From Candidatus Heimdallarchaeota archaeon (GTDB taxonomy: Archaea; Asgardarchaeota; Heimdallarchaeia; Hodarchaeales; Hodarchaeaceae): a stretch of 64,000 nucleotides of DNA. The stretch covers positions 32,001 to 96,000 of the forward strand of contig RDOB01000004.1 in NCBI GenBank assembly GCA_011364965.1, given 5' to 3'. Of the stretch, positions 61,061 to 64,000 are shown piece by piece (the stretch's first letter is position 1; each line of letters begins with the position of its first letter). The notes beneath the pieces were generated by a model that was not told the origin of the DNA, made no database searches, and saw nothing but the letters and a program-made list of their open reading frames with translations. The position numbers were made by a program, and so were the translations under genes.

Positions 61061-63007
61061 ATGGAGAAAATACAGATGAACGGAAAATATCGTATAGCAC
61101 TTGTCATTATAGGGATCTTTGCTATTACTCTCCTTAGCGGTTGTGTGGGTACAGAAACTCACGATACCCTTATTCTCCAGATCGAAGAAGAAATCATCGA
61201 TCTAGACAACCGATACTATGGTTCTAGCTCCCTTTACGACTCTGTTGTTGCTTATCAATACCAAGGTTACCTTGGATTGATAGCACCTGGTGAAACTATT
61301 GTTACTATGCCAGGTGTTGCAGAAAGTTGGGAATCCAACGAGGATCAATCCGAATGGACATTCAATCTAAGAGAAGGTTTGACATTCCATGATGGTACTC
61401 CGATTGACGCTAAAGCTGTCCGCTATAGCTTTTATGCTGACTTTATGGTTTATTACGGTCTAAATAATGTCAGTGAAGGAGAATTATACCTCAATACCTA
61501 CTTTGGAATGAATATTACTTTCCCTGACGCTGATCCAAATGGTGATGGATATGTCGTTAACTTCCACGGTGGTTGGTACCCCGACCCAATGTTCTTGTTT
61601 GATGTCTGTGGTCAATGGAATATATTCACTTTGATACCATACAATTCCCACGGCTCTTATACTGATTCTACTGAAGTTTGTCAGGATAAATTAGCAGATT
61701 TCCAAGACAATCCAGTTTCTTGTGGACCATACAAATTCGTTGAATATGCAACTCAGGACTATGTTCTTATGGAGCGATTTGACGATTGGTTTGGCTGGGG
61801 TGAAACATTTACTGGTAGTAATGGAGAAACTTACACCTTCCCAACACTCAGTAAGGCATTCAAATATCTAAAATTCCGAATTATTCCAGAAAAGGCTATG
61901 GCATTGGTTGAGCTTGCTACTAATGGTATTGATGTTACCACAGGTCGGTTCTCAAGCCAAGCATCATTCGAGGAAATCAATGAAACTGAAGGATTCTCTG
62001 CCTATAAACTACCCGTGTTAGGTGGAGCTACCATGGAAGTTAATCTTCAAGGTGATTGGCCAGCTGTTTTTGGTGGACCTGGTAACTATCCATTATCCGA
62101 GAGTTGGTTCCGTCAAGCTGTGTCTCATGCAGTTGACCGAACTAACATTGTTGATAATGTTTACCTTGGAATTGCTGATGAACGAAATACAATCTTTTCT
62201 GATTGGATCTTAGACAAATTCAGCAATATTGATGTTTCTGATTATTACGATTTTGATCAAGGTAGAAATAAATCCCTAGATATTCTTGCTGCAAATGACA
62301 TGACTGCACTTGGATTCAGTGATGAACCAGATAATATCCTTGGTTGGGGTTTATATGCCAACGAAACAGATATCAATGGTGTCCCACAAACCAAAGGCCG
62401 CCACTTAACTCTCACAACCATGGATTGTGACTTTTGTGTAAAACGTGCCCTTGCAGTCCAAAAAGACCTAAGGCAAATCGGTATCTATATTGATCCTGAA
62501 CTACTCGAATGGGGTCAATACCTAACTAAACTTTATGCTGGAACCCCGGGACAAAACTATAACACAACTGGTCCTCAGCCAGACCCAAATTTCATTGGAC
62601 CTGCTTGGGACTTTACTGTTGGTGGTTTTGGCGGTAACTACGAAACTCCTTGGGATTTCATTGCATACCAATCCTTTGCTACCTGGATGCAATATGGTCG
62701 TGGTGGCTACAGCTGGTTAAATATGAATTATGAAAAAGGTTATCGTATGGCTACTGGCTTTGCAATCAGCAGCAGACTCAGTGGATTCCCAGATTACGAC
62801 AGTACTGTCTGGCCTGTTCCTGAATGGTCAAACGATGATGAGCAATTCATCGAAGGTTGTGAGCTAGCTGGGTATGAGATGTCCTACGCCATGAATAAGA
62901 TACCTTTGGTCTGGTATGTAGACACTTATGCATTCAATGATCATTTACACAACTTCCTTGGTGCTCGTAACAGCATGTATCACGCTGCCTATGCATACTG
63001 GGAGTAA
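61061..63007 (+). CDS. ABC transporter substrate-binding lipoprotein, family 5 (peptide/nickel)
   Basis: LLSGC lipobox, VAESWES, WTFNLREGLTFHDGTP, GPYKF, FRQAVSHAVDR. Confidence 0.9.
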   Translation: MEKIQMNGKYRIALVIIGIFAITLLSGCVGTETHDTLILQIEEEIIDLDNRYYGSSSLYDSVVAYQYQGYLGLIAPGETIVTMPGVAESWESNEDQSEWTFNLREGLTFHDGTPIDAKAVRYSFYADFMVYYGLNNVSEGELYLNTYFGMNITFPDADPNGDGYVVNFHGGWYPDPMFLFDVCGQWNIFTLIPYNSHGSYTDSTEVCQDKLADFQDNPVSCGPYKFVEYATQDYVLMERFDDWFGWGETFTGSNGETYTFPTLSKAFKYLKFRIIPEKAMALVELATNGIDVTTGRFSSQASFEEINETEGFSAYKLPVLGGATMEVNLQGDWPAVFGGPGNYPLSESWFRQAVSHAVDRTNIVDNVYLGIADERNTIFSDWILDKFSNIDVSDYYDFDQGRNKSLDILAANDMTALGFSDEPDNILGWGLYANETDINGVPQTKGRHLTLTTMDCDFCVKRALAVQKDLRQIGIYIDPELLEWGQYLTKLYAGTPGQNYNTTGPQPDPNFIGPAWDFTVGGFGGNYETPWDFIAYQSFATWMQYGRGGYSWLNMNYEKGYRMATGFAISSRLSGFPDYDSTVWPVPEWSNDDEQFIEGCELAGYEMSYAMNKIPLVWYVDTYAFNDHLHNFLGARNSMYHAAYAYWE

Positions 63008-63040
63008 ACCCCTCATCTCCCTCTTTTTCTTTTTTTTTAA
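63008..63040 (+). terminator. Oligo-T archaeal terminator
   Basis: CTCTTTTTCTTTTTTTTT directly after the stop; a similar tract follows the RDD gene at about 18581-18604. Confidence 0.55.
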
Positions 63041-63413
63041 AACCAACAAAAAATTTCCCGTTTTTATATACCTTATTTAGGACTATAACAAATGTCAGTA
63101 GCAATAACAAGAACGATTAACAATATTTAAGTGAAGTGAATTCCTTTTCAAGAAGCTTAGAGTTTTTTCCCCACTTATGATTATCACTTTTTAGATACGG
63201 ACGCTTTAAAAGAATTAACCCAAAATGAACTTCCTTAGATTATATACATGCTTTATAAGGTTGATGTTATCGGCAATCCAAGCATTTTGATCTACTTACT
63301 TCTAATTCGTAAATTGATAACAAATTATCGTTAGGTACCTTTTAACAGAAGTAAAGCAAAGCAGTGGTAAGTACGAAACCTCGTACCTTATGAACCATGG
63401 TTTGTAAAAGTTT

Positions 63414-64000
63414 ATGGTGTTTAATTTGGCAGGATTAAGAGGATATGTAGTAAAGCGTCTTTTAATCGCACCTGTACTGCTAATTGTTATTACGATTATC
63501 ACATTTTCATCTGCAGCGTTAGCAGTCGGAGACCCCGCAACTTTGATTTTTGGTGGAGCCATCAATCCTGAAATGATGCGTGGAAAAGAAATGACCGAAG
63601 CGGATTATGCACAATTTGAAGCAGAGTACGAAGAATTAAGAGAAGAGCTTGGTCTCAATCATCCAATATGGATTCAATATCTAATCTGGTTGGCGCATTT
63701 AGCAACAGGTGATTTTGGAACAAATTGGGAAACTGATCGACCTATTGTTGAAGAAATGCTAGAACTATTTCCAGCCACGCTCCAGTTAGCAACGACAGCG
63801 TTATTATTTGCCTGCTCGACTGGTATTATTGTTGGTATCATATCAGCTATTAAACATAACCAAGCAACAGATCGGTTTCTCGTTTTTGCTACTCTGACTC
63901 TCTACTCAACTCCTGGATATTGGTTGGCATTTATATTAATCCAATTTCTTGCAATCGATCTCTATCCCTTACACAATGGATTTATAACCCCAGGATGGCG
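63414..64000 (+). CDS. dppB: ABC peptide transporter permease (DppB/OppB), partial
   Basis: Manual translation: GYVVKRLLIAPVLL...GDPA...LGLNHPIWIQY...GDFG...FPATLQLA...STPGYWLA; runs off window end. Confidence 0.9.
   Translation, partial: MVFNLAGLRGYVVKRLLIAPVLLIVITIITFSSAALAVGDPATLIFGGAINPEMMRGKEMTEADYAQFEAEYEELREELGLNHPIWIQYLIWLAHLATGDFGTNWETDRPIVEEMLELFPATLQLATTALLFACSTGIIVGIISAIKHNQATDRFLVFATLTLYSTPGYWLAFILIQFLAIDLYPLHNGFITPGW

Noticed and set aside
1-64000. Short antisense or overlapping ORFs in the track (e.g. 4649-5086, 10743-11087, 22823-23257, 25539-25955, 50860-51264); also tRNA, rRNA and CRISPR arrays
   Set aside because: The ORFs are shadows of well-supported genes with no motifs; no cloverleaf, rRNA-like segment or regularly spaced repeat array was seen by eye

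Overview
AT-rich, densely coding archaeal chromosomal DNA, most likely from an Asgard archaeon (Heimdallarchaeia/Hodarchaeales-like; inferred). Archaeal markers are TFE, ArcS plus RaSEA, an MptA-type GTP cyclohydrolase, a stand-alone pyrimidine reductase, GGPP synthase and GGTGA/GGAGG ribosome-binding sites. They occur alongside a grpE-dnaK-dnaJ operon and many eukaryotic-signature-like proteins: a Rab-like GTPase, four roadblock/LC7 proteins and a Yip1-domain protein. Metabolic genes cover amino-acid and peptide catabolism (tryptophanase, two aminotransferases, HutH, a divergent HutI, GlnA, M20/M28/S8 peptidases, a peptide ABC transporter) and cofactor or tRNA-modification functions. No tRNA, rRNA, CRISPR array or intact mobile element was seen. 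Best leads: (1) a tail-anchored syntaxin-6/Qc-SNARE-like protein (49036-49752); (2) two longin-like fusions to apparently inactivated division proteins, pseudo-MinD/ParA-longin-wHTH (9572-11263, next to the Rab/roadblock/Yip1 locus) and pseudo-FtsZ-longin (35178-36590), a possible undescribed link between small-GTPase regulators and the divisome; (3) a receptor-like membrane protein with a cytoplasmic HEPN RNase motif (32159-34330); (4) a CINP/C1orf109-like protein (34522-35151); (5) a riboswitch-like structured leader on a 70-aa Zn-ribbon gene (3160-3300); (6) a site-1-protease-like subtilase. All homology calls are by-eye motif comparisons against remembered family sequences; no searches were run.
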